DNA from: Eledone cirrhosa
Lineage: Eukaryota
Direction: 5' to 3'
Length of the DNA stretch: 64,000 bases
NCBI GenBank assembly: GCA_964016885.1
Contig: OZ024755.1
Coordinates: forward strand, 32,116,001-32,180,000
The notes below the pieces were generated by a model. It was not told where the DNA came from, searched no databases, and saw only the letters and a program-made list of their open reading frames with translations. This document shows positions 39,751 to 53,900 of this stretch, piece after piece. Position 1 is the stretch's first letter, and the number at the start of each line of letters is the position of its first letter. The position numbers and the translations under genes were made by a program.

Positions 39751-39836
39751 AAATTAAAATGAATTCTTAAAGGGAGATAATTCTCTAAAAAAACTGTGAA
39801 TTATCTCCCGTTAATTTAAAGCATTCATTTTAATTT
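39751..39836. repeat. Two-segment inverted repeat
   Basis: AAATTAAAATGAAT/ATTCATTTTAATTT (14 bp) encloses GGGAGATAATTC/GAATTATCTCCC (12 bp). Confidence 0.85.
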
Positions 39837-40582
39837 TAAGTTTTTCAAGGTAGTCTGGCATGGGCCAGGCCCACTTAGCAATTGCACGCCACCACCAAAC
39901 GAACCAGTCACATAGTCTGGGGGGTCCGAGACGCAGCTCGCGCGCCACCTCAACGTCTGCAATTCTACTGAGTAAAATAGTCATACTTATAGGTACTTTT
40001 CATATTTTTTGCTTTAAAAAAATATAAACGAAACGAAGGGAGGTAATTCGGAATAAATATATTTTTACAATAAAATTATTAGCGCATTGGTGGTATAGGT
40101 GGTATTGGGTCGATGAAGGATTCGATCTCTGAATTTCTTTTTTTCTTTAAATTATGAAATCATATTCATTAAAAACATCGAAGCTCTGTATTCCGAATGA
40201 ATTGCCTCCATTCATTTCGTTTATATAGTTTTTTTTTATCAATGAATAAACTCTTCCGTATAGTCCAGCTACTTTAATGACATGCTTCTGTCGCCTTCTT
40301 ATCTGGTACTGACCAGGGTTTAACTGGCTGTAGGAAATACTTTGAGAAGTATACAATCTATGACTGCTCCTTTCGCTCTCTAACCAGGGTTTATAGGAAC
40401 CTACGAGAAGTTTACACCCACTAAGCAGGCACTAATATCGACCTTTTCAAAAAATCGAAATAAGTCTCATGATGTGGTTCTGGAATGTTGAGAGCTTCTG
40501 AAGTGACCCTGTCGTCCAATTAACACAGTCAGGACCATATAACACAACTCATCTTTTTTGCCAGCTGAGTGGATTGAAGCAA

Positions 40583-40682
40583 CAATTCTCTTACCTCTTT
40601 CTGTTCAAACTGGCTGTTCATACTTATGTTAAGGTATTGTTCTGAAAATAAATAACACCTAAATCTCATAGATTCTATATTA
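40583..40682. mobile_element. Fourth, internal fragment of the MITE family
   Basis: CTTTCTGTTCAAACTGGCTG...ATGTTAAGGTATTGTTCTGAAAATAAATA...AAATCTCATAGATTC matches 37878-37970. Confidence 0.6.
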
Positions 40683-40701
40683 TCTATATATATAAAAAAG
40701 A

Positions 40702-40933
40702 TGTTGGTGTGATAGGAAGAAGGGCATCCAGCCAGAGAAATCTCACCAAACAAAAGGTTGGAAGGACCCTTCAGTAGAGTCAAAGACATGACAGTCTCCC
40801 TAGTGTCGTTAGAGTGAGGGATCTAATGTGAGATGCAGGCTCTTAGCCCATCAGTGGCCCTTCTTGAGTAATGATTCAACCTGAAAAGATCTGTTCAATC
40901 CTTGCTAGTAGGGGAAACAGACATTAAATGATG
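40702..40933 (+). mobile_element. Diverged RTE-related 3' tail (LINE/SINE remnant)
   Basis: GTTGGTGT..AGGAAG..GGGCATCCAGC...AGAAA and terminal CTGTTCAATCCTTGCTAG...AACAGACATTAAATGATGA are colinear with the LINE 3' UTR and tail. Confidence 0.6.
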
Positions 40934-41600
40934 AGGGTGGTGGTGGGGATGGTGATGGTGATGGTAATGATGATGGTGAGGGTGGTGGTGGAGATGGTGA
41001 TGGTAATGATGATGGTGAGGGTGGTGGTGGGGATGGTGATGATGGTAATGATGATGGTGAGGGTGGTGGTGGAGATGGTGATGGTAATGATGATGGTGAG
41101 GGTGGTGGTGGGGATGGTGATGGTGATGGTAATGATGATGGTGAGGGTGGTGGTGGGGAGGATGATAGTGAGGGTGGTGGCGGGGATGATGGTGGTGATG
41201 GTAATGATGATGGTGAGGGTGGTGATGGAGATGGTGATGGTGATGGTAATGATGATGGTGAGGGTGGTGGTGGGGATGATGGTGGTGATGGTGAGGGTGG
41301 TGGCGGGGATGATGATAGTGATGGTAATGATGATGGTGAGGGTGGTGGTGGGGATGATGGTGGTGATGGTAATGATGATGGTGAGGGTGGTGGCGGGGAT
41401 GATGATAGTGATGGTAATGATGATGGTGAGGGTGGTGGTGGAGATGGTGATGGTAATGGTGGCGGGGATGATGATGGTAATGGTGGTGGTGGTGAGGGTG
41501 GTGATGGTGAGGATGATGATGGTGATGGTGAGGGTGTTGGCGATGATCACCACCATCACCACCACCACCACCACCATCACCACCACCACCATCACCACAA
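40928..41600. repeat. Compound trinucleotide tract (GAT/GGT)n followed by inverted (CAC/CAT)n
   Basis: About 615 bp of GAT/GGT/GAG/AAT triplets with a recurring GTGAGGGTGGTGG unit, switching strand at ~41545. Confidence 0.95.
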
Positions 41601-41989
41601 ACTCTAATTTAGAACTTATATATCCAACAACATCATCATAGGGTACCACACTCTGCCAGAACACTGTGACCACATTCTTCCACAGGGAAACAATGAAAGT
41701 GGATATGTTGGAGGAAAGGGGTACTGTAAGTGATTCCCCCGACTCTTTTTCACACCAATTGACAGAGTCTCATGGAGCGAGAATGATGTGAATATGAGAG
41801 CTGATGTCAGGGTAGGGGGGTGATAATCATAATTATAATACATATAAAAATGAGGTCCTCTTCCTCTCCCAATCTTTTCTATATTTCCTCTGCCTGTCAC
41901 CCACCTTGTGGACTGTCTCTCTGTTGACCACTGGCCACTGGTCTATGTCCTCTGAGGCATTTTTGCCTTTGACAGCATTTAGCTGTTTT

Positions 41990-44900
41990 AACGGCTGTTC
42001 TAGCAAGGTGTTTTCTTATTTTTATATGTATTCAATCAACTGCACTCTCACTTCATCTTTATTGGCTGTTCTAGTGAGGTGTTTTCTTATTTTTATATGT
42101 ATTCAATCAACTGCACTCTCACTTCATCTTTATTGGCTGTTCTAGCAATGAATTTTCTTATTTTTATATGTATTCAATCAACTGCACTCTCACTTCATCT
42201 TTATTGGCTGTTCTAGCGAGGAGTTTTCTTATTTTTTATGTATTCAATCAACTGCACTCTCACTTCATCTTTATTGGCTGTTCTAGCAATGAATTTTCTT
42301 ATTTTTACATGTATTCTATCAACTGCACTCTCACTTCATCTTTATTGGCTGTTCTTGCAAGGAGTTTTCTTATTTTTATATGTATTCTATCAACTGCACT
42401 CTCACTTCATCTTTATTGGCTGTTCTAGCGAGGAGTTTTCTTATTTTTTATGTATTCAATCAACTGCACTCTCACTTCATCTTTATTGGCTGTTCTAGCA
42501 ATGAATTTTCTTATTTTTATATGTATTCAATCAACTGCACTCTCACTTCATCTTTATTGGCTGTTCTAGAGAGGAGTTTTCATATTTTTTTATGTATTCA
42601 ATCAACTGCACTCTCACTTCATCTTTATTGGCTGTTCTAGCAATGAATTTTCTTATTTTTACATGTATTCTATCAACTGCACTCTCACTTCATCTTTATT
42701 GGCTGTTCTAGCAATGAATTTTCTTATTTTTACATGTATTCTATCAACTGCACTCTCACTTCATCTTTATTGGCTGTTCTTGCAAGGAGTTTTCTTATTT
42801 TTATATGTATTCTATCAACTGCACTCTCACTTCATCTTTATTGGCTGTTCTAGCGAGGAGTTTTCTTATTTTTATATTTATTCTACCAACTGCACTCTCA
42901 CTTCATCTTTATTGGCTGTTCTAGCGAGGAGTTTTCATATTTTTATATTTATTCTATCAACTGCACTCTCACTTCATCTTTATTGGCTATTCTAGCGAGG
43001 AGTTTTCTTATTTTTATATGTTTTCAATCAATTGCACTCTCACTTCATCTTTATTGGCTGTTCTAGCGAGGTGTTTTCTTATTTTTATATGTATTCAATC
43101 AACTGCACTCTCACTTCATCTTTATTGGCTGGTCTAGTGATGAATTTTCTCATTTTTATATGTATTCAATCAACTGCACTCTCGCTTCTTCTTTATTGGC
43201 TGTTCTAGCAATGAGTTTTCTTATTTTTATATGTATTCAATCAACTGCACTCTCACTTCATCTTTATTGGCTGTTCTAGCGATGAGTTTTCTTATTTTTA
43301 TATGTATTCAATCAACTGCACTCTCACTTCATCTTTATTGGCTGTTCTAGCGATGAGTTTTCTTATTTTTATATGTATTCAATCAACTGCACTCTCACTT
43401 CATCTTTATTGGCTGTTCTAGCGATGAGTTTTCTTATTTTTATATGTATTCAATCAACTGCACTCTCACTTCATCTTTATTGGCTGTTCTAGCAATGAGT
43501 TTTCTTATTTTTATATTTATTCTATCAACTGAACTCTCACTTCATCTTTATTGGCTGTTCTAGCGAGGAGTTTTCTTATTTTTATATTTATTCTATTCAA
43601 TTGAACTCTCACTTCATCTTTATTGGCTGTTCTAGCGAGGAGTTTTCTTATTTTTATATGTATTCAATCAACTGCACTCTCACTTCATCTTTATTGGCTG
43701 TTCTAGCGAGGAGTTTTCTTATTTTTATATTTATTCTATCAACTGAACTCTCACTTCATCTTTATTGGCTGTTCTAGCGAGGTGTTTTCTTATTTTTATA
43801 TGTATTCAATCAACTGCACTCTCACTTCATCTTTATTGGCTGTTCTAGTGATGAATTTTCTCATTTTTATATGTATTCAATCAATTGCACTCTCACTTAA
43901 TCTTTATTGGCTGTTCTAGCGATGAATTTTCTCATTTTTATATGTATTCAATCAACTGCACTCTCACTTCATCTTTATTGGCTGTTCTAGCGAGGAGTTT
44001 TCTTATTTTCATATGTATTCAATAAACTGCACTCTCACTTCATCTTTATTGGCTGGTCTAGCGATGAATTTTCTCATTTCTATATGTATTCAATCATCTG
44101 CACTCTCACTTCATCTTTATTTGCTGTTCTAGCGATGAATTTTCTCATTTTTATATGTATTCAATCAACTGCACTCTCACTTCATCTTTATTGGCTGTTC
44201 TAGCGAGGTGTTTTCTTATTTTTATATGTATTCAATCAACTGCACTCTCACTTCATCTTTATTGGCTGTTCTAGCGATGAGTTTTCTTATTTTTATATTT
44301 ATTCTATCAATTGAACTCTCACTTCATCTTTATTGGCTGTTCTAGCGAGGAGTTTTCTTATTTTTATATGTATTCAATCAACTGCACTCTCACTTCATCT
44401 TTATTGGTTGTTCTAGCAAGGTATTTTCTTATTTTTATATGTGTTCAATCAACTGCACTCTCACTGCATCTTTATTGGCTGTTCTAGCGAGGAGTTTTCC
44501 TATATTTATATGTATTCAATCAACTGCACTCTCACTTCATCTTTATTAGCTGTTCTAGCAAGGTATTTTCTTATTTTTATATGTATTCAATCAACTGCAC
44601 TCTCACTTCATCTTCATTGGCCTGTTTAGCGAGGAGTTTTCTTATTTTTATATGTATTCAATCAACTGCACTCTCACTTCATCTTTATTGGCTGTTCTAG
44701 CGAGGTGTTTTCTTATTTTTATATGTATTCAATCAACTGCACTCTCACTTCATTTTATTGGCTGTTCTAGCGATGAGTTTTCTTATTTTTATATTTATTC
44801 TATCAACTGAACTCTCACTTCATCTTTATTGGCTGTTCTAGCGAGGAGTTTTCTTATTTTTATATGTATTCAATCAACTGCACTCTCACTTCATCTTTAT

Positions 44901-47900
44901 TGGTTGTTCTAGCAAGGTATTTTCTTATTTTTATATGTATTCAATCAACTGCACTCTCACTTCATCTTTATTGGCTGTTCTAGCAATGAATTTTCTTATT
45001 TTTATATGTATTCAATCAACTGCACTCCCACTGCATCTTTATTGGCTGTTCTAGCGAGGAGTTTTCATATTTTTTATGTATTCAATCAACTGCACTCTCA
45101 CTTCATCTTTATTGGCTGTTCTAGCAATGAATTTTCTTATTTTTATATGTATTCAATCAACTGCACTCTCACTTCATCTTTATTGGCTGTTCTAGAGCGG
45201 AGTTTTCTTATTTTTATATGTATTCTATCAACTGCACTCTCACTTCATTTTTATTGGCTGTTCTAGCGAGGAGTTTTCTTATTTTTATATTTATTCTATC
45301 AACTGCACTCTCACTTCATCTTTATTGGCTGTTCTAGCGAGGAGTTTTCTTATTTTTATATGTATTCAATCAACTGCACTCTCACTTCATCTTTATTGGC
45401 TGTTGTAGCGAGGTGTTTTCTTATTTTTATATGTATTCAATCAACTGCACTCTCACTTCATCTTTATTGGCTGGTCTAGAGATGAATTTTCTCATTTTTA
45501 TATGTATTCAATCCACTGCACACTCACTTCATCTTTATTGGCTGTTCTAGCGATGAATTTTCTCATTTTTATATGTATTCAATCAACTGCACTCTCACCT
45601 CATCTTTATTGGCTTTTCTAGCGATGAGTTTTCTCATTTTTATATCTATTCAATCAACTGCACTCTCACTTCATCTTTATTGGCTGTTCTAGCAATGAAT
45701 TTTCTTATTTTTACATGTATTCTATCAACTGCACTCTCACTTCATCTTTATTGGCTGTTCTAGCAATGAATTTTCTTATTTTTACATGTATTCTATCAAC
45801 TGCACTCTCACTTCATCTTTATTGGCTGTTCTTGCAAGGAGTTTTCTTATTTTTATATGTATTCTATCAACTGCACTCTCACTTCATCTTTATTGGCTGT
45901 TCTAGCGAGGAGTTTTCTTATTTTTATATTTATTCTACCAACTGCACTCTCACTTCATCTTTATTGGCTGTTCTAGCAAGGAGTTTTCTTATTTTTATAT
46001 TTATTCTACCAACTGCACTCTCACTTCATCTTTATTGGCTGTTCTAGCGAGGAGTTTTCTTATTTTTATATTTATTCTACCAACTGCACTCTCACTTCAT
46101 CTTTATTGGCTGTTCTAGCGAGGAGTTTTCTTATTTTTATATTTATTCTATCAACTGCACCCTCACTTCATCTTTATTGGCTGTTCTAGTGAGGAGTTTT
46201 CTTATTTTTATATGTATTCAATCAACTGCACTCTCACTTCATCTTTATTGGCTGTTCTAGCGAGGTGTTTTCTTATTTTTATATGTATTCAATCAACTGC
46301 ACTCTCACTTCATCTTTATTGGCTGGTCTAGTGATGAATTTTCTCATTTTTATATGTATTCAATCAACTGTACTCTCACTTCTTCTTTATTGGCTGTTCT
46401 AGCAATGAGTTTTCTTATTTTTATATGTATTCAATCAACTGCACTCTCACTTCATCTTTATTGGCTGTTCTAGCGATGAGTTTTCTTATTTTTATATGTA
46501 TTCAATCAACTGCACTCTCACTTCATCTTTATTGGCTGTTCTAGCGATGAGTTTTCTTATTTTTATATGTATTCAATCAACTGCACTCTCACTTCATTTT
46601 TATTGGCTGTTCTAGCGATGAGTTTTCTTATTTTTATATTTATTCTATCAACTGAACTCTCACTTCATCTTTATTGGCTGTTCTAGCGAGGAGTTTTCTT
46701 ATTTTTATATTTATTCAATCAACTGCACTCTCACTTCATCTTTATTGGTTGTTCTAGCAAGGTATTTTCTTATTTTTATATGTATTCAATCAACTGCACT
46801 CTCACTGCATCTTTATTGGCTGTTCTAGCGAGGAGTTTTCCTATATTTATATGTATTCAATCAACTGCACTCTCACTTCATCTTTATTGGCTGTTCTAGC
46901 GATGAGTTTTCTTATTTTTATATGTATTCAATCAACTGCACTCTCACTTCATCTTTATTGGCTGTTCTAGCAATGAATTTTCTTATTTTTATATGTATTC
47001 AATCAACTGCACTCTCACTTCATCTTTATTGGCTGTTCTAGCGAGGAGTTTTCTTATTTTTATATGTATTCAATCAACTGCACTCTCACTTCATCTTTAT
47101 TGGCTGTTGTAGCGAGGTGTTTTCTTATTTTTATATGTATTCAATCAACTGCACTCTCACTTCATCTTTATTGGCTGGTCTAGCGAAGAATTTTCTCATT
47201 TTTATATGTATTCAATCAACTGCACTCTCACTTCATCTTTATTGGCTGTTCTAGCGATGAATTTTCTCATTTTTATATGTATTCAATCAACTGCACTCTC
47301 ACTTCATCTTTATTGGCTTTTCTAGCGATGAGATTTCTCATTTTTATATCTATTCAATCAACTGCACTCTCACTTCATCTTTATTGGCTGTTCTAGCAAT
47401 GAATTTTCTTATTTTTACATGTATTCTATCAACTGCACTCTCACTTCATCTTTATTGGCTGTTCTAGCAATGAATTTTCTTATTTTTACATGTATTCTAT
47501 CAACTGCACTCTCACTTCATCTTTATTGGCTGTTCTTGCAAGGAGTTTTCTTATTTTTATATGTATTCTATCAACTGCACTCTCACTTCATCTTTATCAG
47601 CTGTTCTAGCGAGGAGTTTTCTTATTTTTATATTTATTCTATCAACTGCACTCTCACTTCATCTTTATTGGCTGTTCTAGTGAGGAGTTTTCTTATTTTT
47701 ATATGTATTCAATCAACTGCACTCTCACTTCATCTTTATTGGCTGTTCTAGCAAGGTATTTTCTTATTTTTATATGTATTCAATCAACTGCACTCTCACT
47801 GCATCTTTATTGGCTGTTCTAGCGAGGAGTTTTCTTATTATTATATGTATTCAATCAACTGCACTCTCACTTCATCTTTATTGGCTGTTCTAGCAAGGTA

Positions 47901-50900
47901 TTTTCTTATTTTTATATGTATTCAATCAACTGCACTCTCACTGCATCTTTATTGGCTGTTCTAGCGAGGAGTTTTCTTATTTTTATATGTATTCAATCAA
48001 CTGCACTCTCACTTCATCTTTATTGGTTGTTCTAGCAAGGTATTTTCTTATTTTTATATGTATTCAATCAACTGCACTCCCACTGCATCTTTATTGGCTG
48101 TTCTAGCGAGGAGTTTTCTTATTTTTTATGTATTCAATCAACTGCACTCTCACTTCATCTTTATTGGCTGTTCTAGCAATGAATTTTCTTATTTTTATAT
48201 GTATTCAATCAACTGCACTCTCACTTCATCTTTATTGGCTGTTCTAGCGATGAGTTTTCTTATTTTTATATGTATTCTATCAACTGCACTCTCACTTCAT
48301 CTTTATCAGCTGTTCTAGCGAGGAGTTTTCTTATTTTTATATTTATTCTACCAACTGCACTCTCACTACATCTTTATTGGCTGTTCTAGCGAGGAGTTTT
48401 CTTATTTTTATATTTATTCTATCAACTGCACTCTCACTTCATCTTTATTGGCTGTTCTAGTGAGGCGTTTTCTTATTTTTATATGTATTCAATCAACTGC
48501 ACTCTCACTTCATCTTTATTGGCTATTCTAGCGAGGTGTTTTCTTATTTTTATATGTATTCAATCAACTGCACTCTCACTTAATCTTTACTGGCTGTTCT
48601 AGTGATGAATTTTCTCATTTTTATATGTATTCAATCAACTGCACTCTCACTTCATCTTTATTGGCTGTTCTAGCGAGGAGTTTTCTTATGTTCATATGTA
48701 TTCAATAAACTGCACTCTCACTTCATCTTTATTGGCTGGTCTAGCGATGAATTTCCTCATTTCTATATGTATTCAATCATCTGCACTCTCACTTCATCTT
48801 TATTGGCTGTTCTAGCGATGAATTTTCTCATTTTTATATGTATTCAATCAACTGCACTCTCACTTCTACTTTATCGGCTGTTCTAGCAAGGTATTTTCTT
48901 ATTTTTATATGTATTCAATCAACTGCACTCTCACTGCATCTTTATTGGCTGTTCTAGCGAGGAGTTTTCCTATATTTATATGTATTCAATCAACTGCACT
49001 CTCACTTCATCTTTATTGGCTGTTCTAGCAAGGTATTTTCTTATTTTTATATGTATTCAATCAACTGCACTCTCACTTCATCTTCATTGGCCTGTTTAGC
49101 GAGGAGTTTTCTTATTTTTACATGTATTCAATCAAGTGCACTCTCACTTCATCTTTATTGGTTGTTCTAGCAATGGATTTTCTTATTTTTATATGTATTC
49201 AATCAACTGGACTCCCACTGCATCTTTATTGGCTGTTCTAGAGAGGAGTTTTCTTATTTTTATATGTAATCTATCAACTGCACTCTCACTTCATCTTTAT
49301 TGGCTGTTCTAGCAATGGATTTTTTTATTTTTATATGTATTCAATCAACTGCACTCCCACTGCATCTTTATTGGCTGTTCTAGAGAGGAGTTTTCTTATT
49401 TTTATATGTATTCAATCAACTGCACTCTCACTTCATCTTTATTGGCTGTTGTAGCGAGGTGTTTTCTTATTTTTATATGTATTCAATCAACTGCACTCTC
49501 ACTTCATCTTTATTGGCTTTTCTCGCGATGAGTTTTCTCATTTTTATATGTATTCAATCAACTGCACTCTCACTTCATCTTTATTGGCTGGTCTAGCGAT
49601 GAATTTTCTCATTTTTATATGTATTCAATTAACTGCACTCTCACTTCATCTTTATTGGCTGTTCTAGCGAGGAGTTTTCTTATTTTTATATGTATTCAAT
49701 AAACTGCACTCTCACTTCATCTTTATTGGATGTTCTAGCAAGGTATTTTCTTATTTTTATATGTATTCAATCAACTGCACTCTCACTTCATCTTTATTGG
49801 CTGGTCTAGTGATGAATTTTCTCATTTTTATATGTATTCAATCAACTGCACTCTCACTTTATCTTTATTGGCTGTTCTAGCGATGAGTTTTCTTATTTTT
49901 ATATGTATTCAATCAACTGCACTCTCACTTCATCCTTATTGGCTGTTCTAGCGATAAATTTTCTTATTTTTATATGTATTCAATCAACTGCACTCTCACT
50001 TCATCCTTATTGGCTGTTCTAGCGATGAATTTTCTTATTTTTATATGTATTCAATCAACTGCACTCTCACTTCATCTTTATTGGCTGTTCTAGCGATGAA
50101 TTTTCTCATTTTTATATGTATTCAATCAACTGCACTCTCACTTCATCTTTATTGGCTGTTCTAGCAAGGTATTTTCTTATTTTTATATGTATTCAATCAA
50201 CTGCACTCTCACTGCATCTTTATTGGCTGTTCTAGCGAGGAGTTTTCCTATATTTATATGTATTCAATCAACTGCACTCTCACTTCATCTTTATTGGCTG
50301 TTCTAGCAAGGTATTTTCTTATTTTTATATGTATTCAATCAACTGCACTCTCACTTCATCTTCATTGGCCTGTTTAGCGAGGAGTTTTCTTATTTTTACA
50401 TGTATTCAATCAACTGCACTCTCACTTCATCTTTATTGGCTGTTCTAGCAATGGATTTTCTTATTTTTATATGTATTCAATCAACTGGACTCCCACTGCA
50501 TCTTTATTGGCTGTTCTAGAGAGGAGTTTTCTTATTTTTATATGTAATCAATCAACTGCACTCTCACTTCATCTTTATTGGCTGTTCTAGCAATGGATTT
50601 TTTTATTTTTATATGTATTCAATCAACTGCACTCCCACTGCATCTTTATTGGCTGTTCTAGAGAGGAGTTTTCTTATTTTTATATGTATTCAATCAACTG
50701 CACTCTCACTTCATCTTTATTGGCTGTTGTAGCGAGGTGTTTTCTTATTTTTATATGTATTCAATCAACTGCACTCTCACTTCATCTTTATTGGCTTTTC
50801 TAGCGATGAGTTTTCTCATTTTTATATGTATTCAATCAACTGCACTCTCACTTCATCTTTATTGCCTGGTCTAGCAATGAATTTTCTCATTTTTATATGT

Positions 50901-53900
50901 ATTCAATTAACTGCACTCTCACTTCATCTTTATTGGCTATTCTAGCGAGGAGTTTTCTTATTTTTATATGTATTCAATAAACTGCACTCTCACTTCATCT
51001 TTATTGGCTGGTCTAGAGATGAATTTTCTCATTTTTATATGTATTCAATCAACTGCACACTCACTTACTCTTTATTGGATGTTCTAGCAAGGTATTTTCT
51101 TATTTTTATATGTATTCAATCAACTGCACTCTCACTTCATCTTTATTGGCTGGTCTAGTGATGAATTTTCTCATTTTTATATGTATTCAATCAACTGCAC
51201 TCTCACTTTATCTTTATTGGCTGTTCTAGCGATGAGTTTTCTTATTTTTATATGTATTCAATCAACTGCACTCTCACTTTATCCTTATTGGCTGTTCTAG
51301 CGATGAATTTTCTTATTTTTATATGTATTCAATCAACTGCACTCTCACTTCATCCTTATTGGCTGTTCTAGCGATGAATTTTCTTATTTTTATATGTATT
51401 CAATCAACTGCACTCTCACTTCATCTTTATTGGCTGTTCTAGCGATGAGTTTTCTTATTTTTATATGTATTCAATGAACTGCACTCTCACTTCATTCTTA
51501 TTGGCTGTTCTAGCGATGAATTTTCTTATTTTTATATGTATTCAATCAACTGCACTCTCACTTCATCTTTATTGGCTGGTCTAGCGATGAATTTTCTCAT
51601 TTTTATATGTATTCAATTAACTGCACTCTCACTTCATCTTTATTGGCTGTTCTAACGAGGAGTTTTCTTATTTTTATATGTATTCAATAAACTGCACTCT
51701 CATTTCATCTTTATTGGCTGGTCTAGAGATGAATTTTCTCATTTTTATATGTATTCAATCAACTGCACACTCACTTCATCTTTATTGGTTGTTCTAGCGA
51801 GGTGTTTTCTTATTTTTATATGTATTCAATCAATTGCACTCTCACTTACTCTTTATTGGATATTCTAGCAAGGTATTTTCTTATTTTTATATGTATTCAA
51901 TAAACTGCACTCTCACTTCATCTTTATTGGCTGTTCTAGCGATGAGTTTTCTTATTTTTATATGTATTCAATCAACTGCACTCTCACTTTATCCTTATTG
52001 GCTGTTCTAGCGATGAATTTTCTTATTTTTATATGTATTCAATCAACTGCACTCTCACTTCATCCTTATTGGCTGTTCTAGCGATGAATTTTCTTATTTT
52101 TATATGTATTCAATCAACTGCACTCTCACTTCATCTTTATTGGCTGTTCTAGCGATGAGTTTTCTTATTTTTATATGTATTCAATGAACTGCACTCTCAC
52201 TTCATTCTTATTGGCTGTTCTAGCGATGAATTTTCTTATTTTTATATGTATTCAATCAACTGCACTCTCACTTCATCTTTATTGGCTGGTCTAGCGATGA
52301 ATTTTCTCATTTTTATATGTATTCAATTAACTGCACTCTCACTTCATCTTTATTGGCTGTTCTAACGAGGAGTTTTCTTATTTTTATATGTATTCAATAA
52401 ACTGCACTCTCATTTCATCTTTATTGGCTGGTCTAGAGATGAATTTTCTCATTTTTATATGTATTCAATCAACTGCACACTCACTTCATCTTTATTGGTT
52501 GTTCTAGCGAGGTGTTTTCTTATTTTTATATGTATTCAATCAATTGCACTCTCACTTACTCTTTATTGGATATTCTAGCAAGGTATTTTCTTATTTTTAT
52601 ATGTATTCAATCAACTGCACTCTCACTTCATCTTTATTGGCTGGTCTAGTGATGAATTTTCTCATTTTTATATGTATTCAATCAACTGCACTCTCACTTT
52701 ATCTTTATTGGCTGTTCTAGCGATGAGTTTTCTTATTTTTATATGTATTCAATCAACTGCACTCTCACTTCATCCTTATTGGCTGTTCTAGCGATGAATT
52801 TTCTTATTTTTATATGTATTCAATCAACTGCACGCTCACTTCATCCTTATTGGCTGTTCTAGCGATGAATTTTCTTATTTTTATATGTATTCAATCAACT
52901 GCACTCTCACTTCATCTTTATTGGCTGTTCTAGCGATGAGTTTTCTTATTCTTATATGTATTCAATGAACTGCACTCTCACTTCATCCTTATTGGCTGTT
53001 CTAGCGATGAATTTTCTTATTTTTATATGTATTCAATCAACTGCACTCTCACTTCATCCTTATTGGCTGTTCTAGCGATGAATTTTCTTATTTTTATATG
53101 TATTCAATCAACTGCACTCTCACTTCATCTTTATTGGCTGGTCTAGCGATGAATTTTCTCATTTTTATATGTATTCAATTAACTGCACTCTCACTTCATC
53201 TTTATTGGCTGTTCTAGCGAGGAGTTTTCTTATTTTTATATGTATTCAATAAACTGCACTCTCATTTCATCTTTATTGGCTGGTCTAGAGATGAATTTTC
53301 TCATTTTTATATGTATTCAATCAATTGCATTCTCACTTCATCTTTATTGGCTGTTCTAGCGATGAATTTTCTCATTTTTATATGTATTCAATCAACTGCT
53401 CTCTCACTTCATATTTATTGGCTGTTCTAGCGAGGAGTTTTCTTATTTTTATATGTATTAAATAAACTGCACTCTCACTTCATCTTTATTGGCTGTTCTA
53501 GCGATGAGTTTTCTTATTTTTATATGTATTCAATCAACTGCACTCTCACTTCATCTTTATTGGCAGTTCTAGCAAGATGTTTTCTTATTTTTATATGTAT
53601 TCAATCAACTGCACTCTCACTTCATCTTTATTGGCTGTTCTAGCGATGAATTTTCTTATTTCTATATGTATTCAATCAACTGCACTCTCACTTCATCTTT
53701 ATTGGTTGTTCTAGCAAGACGTTTTCTTATTTTTATATGTATTCAATCAACTGCACTCTCACTTCATCTTTAGCCCTTTTCTAGCGATGAATTTTCTTAT
53801 TTTTATATGTATTCAATCAACTGCACTCTCCCTTCATCTTTATTGGCTGTTCTAGCAAGACGTTTTCTTATTTTTATATGTATTCAATCAACTGCACTCT

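Noticed and set aside
40682-40705. ATCTATATATATAAAAAAGATGTT resembling the Helitron 5' end
   Set aside because: Short and low-complexity, with no matching body or 3' hairpin/CTRR downstream.
40924-41673. 237/249-aa Met/Val- and Thr/Ile-rich ORFs
   Set aside because: Stop-free frames of a trinucleotide tract on both strands, with no splice or domain context.
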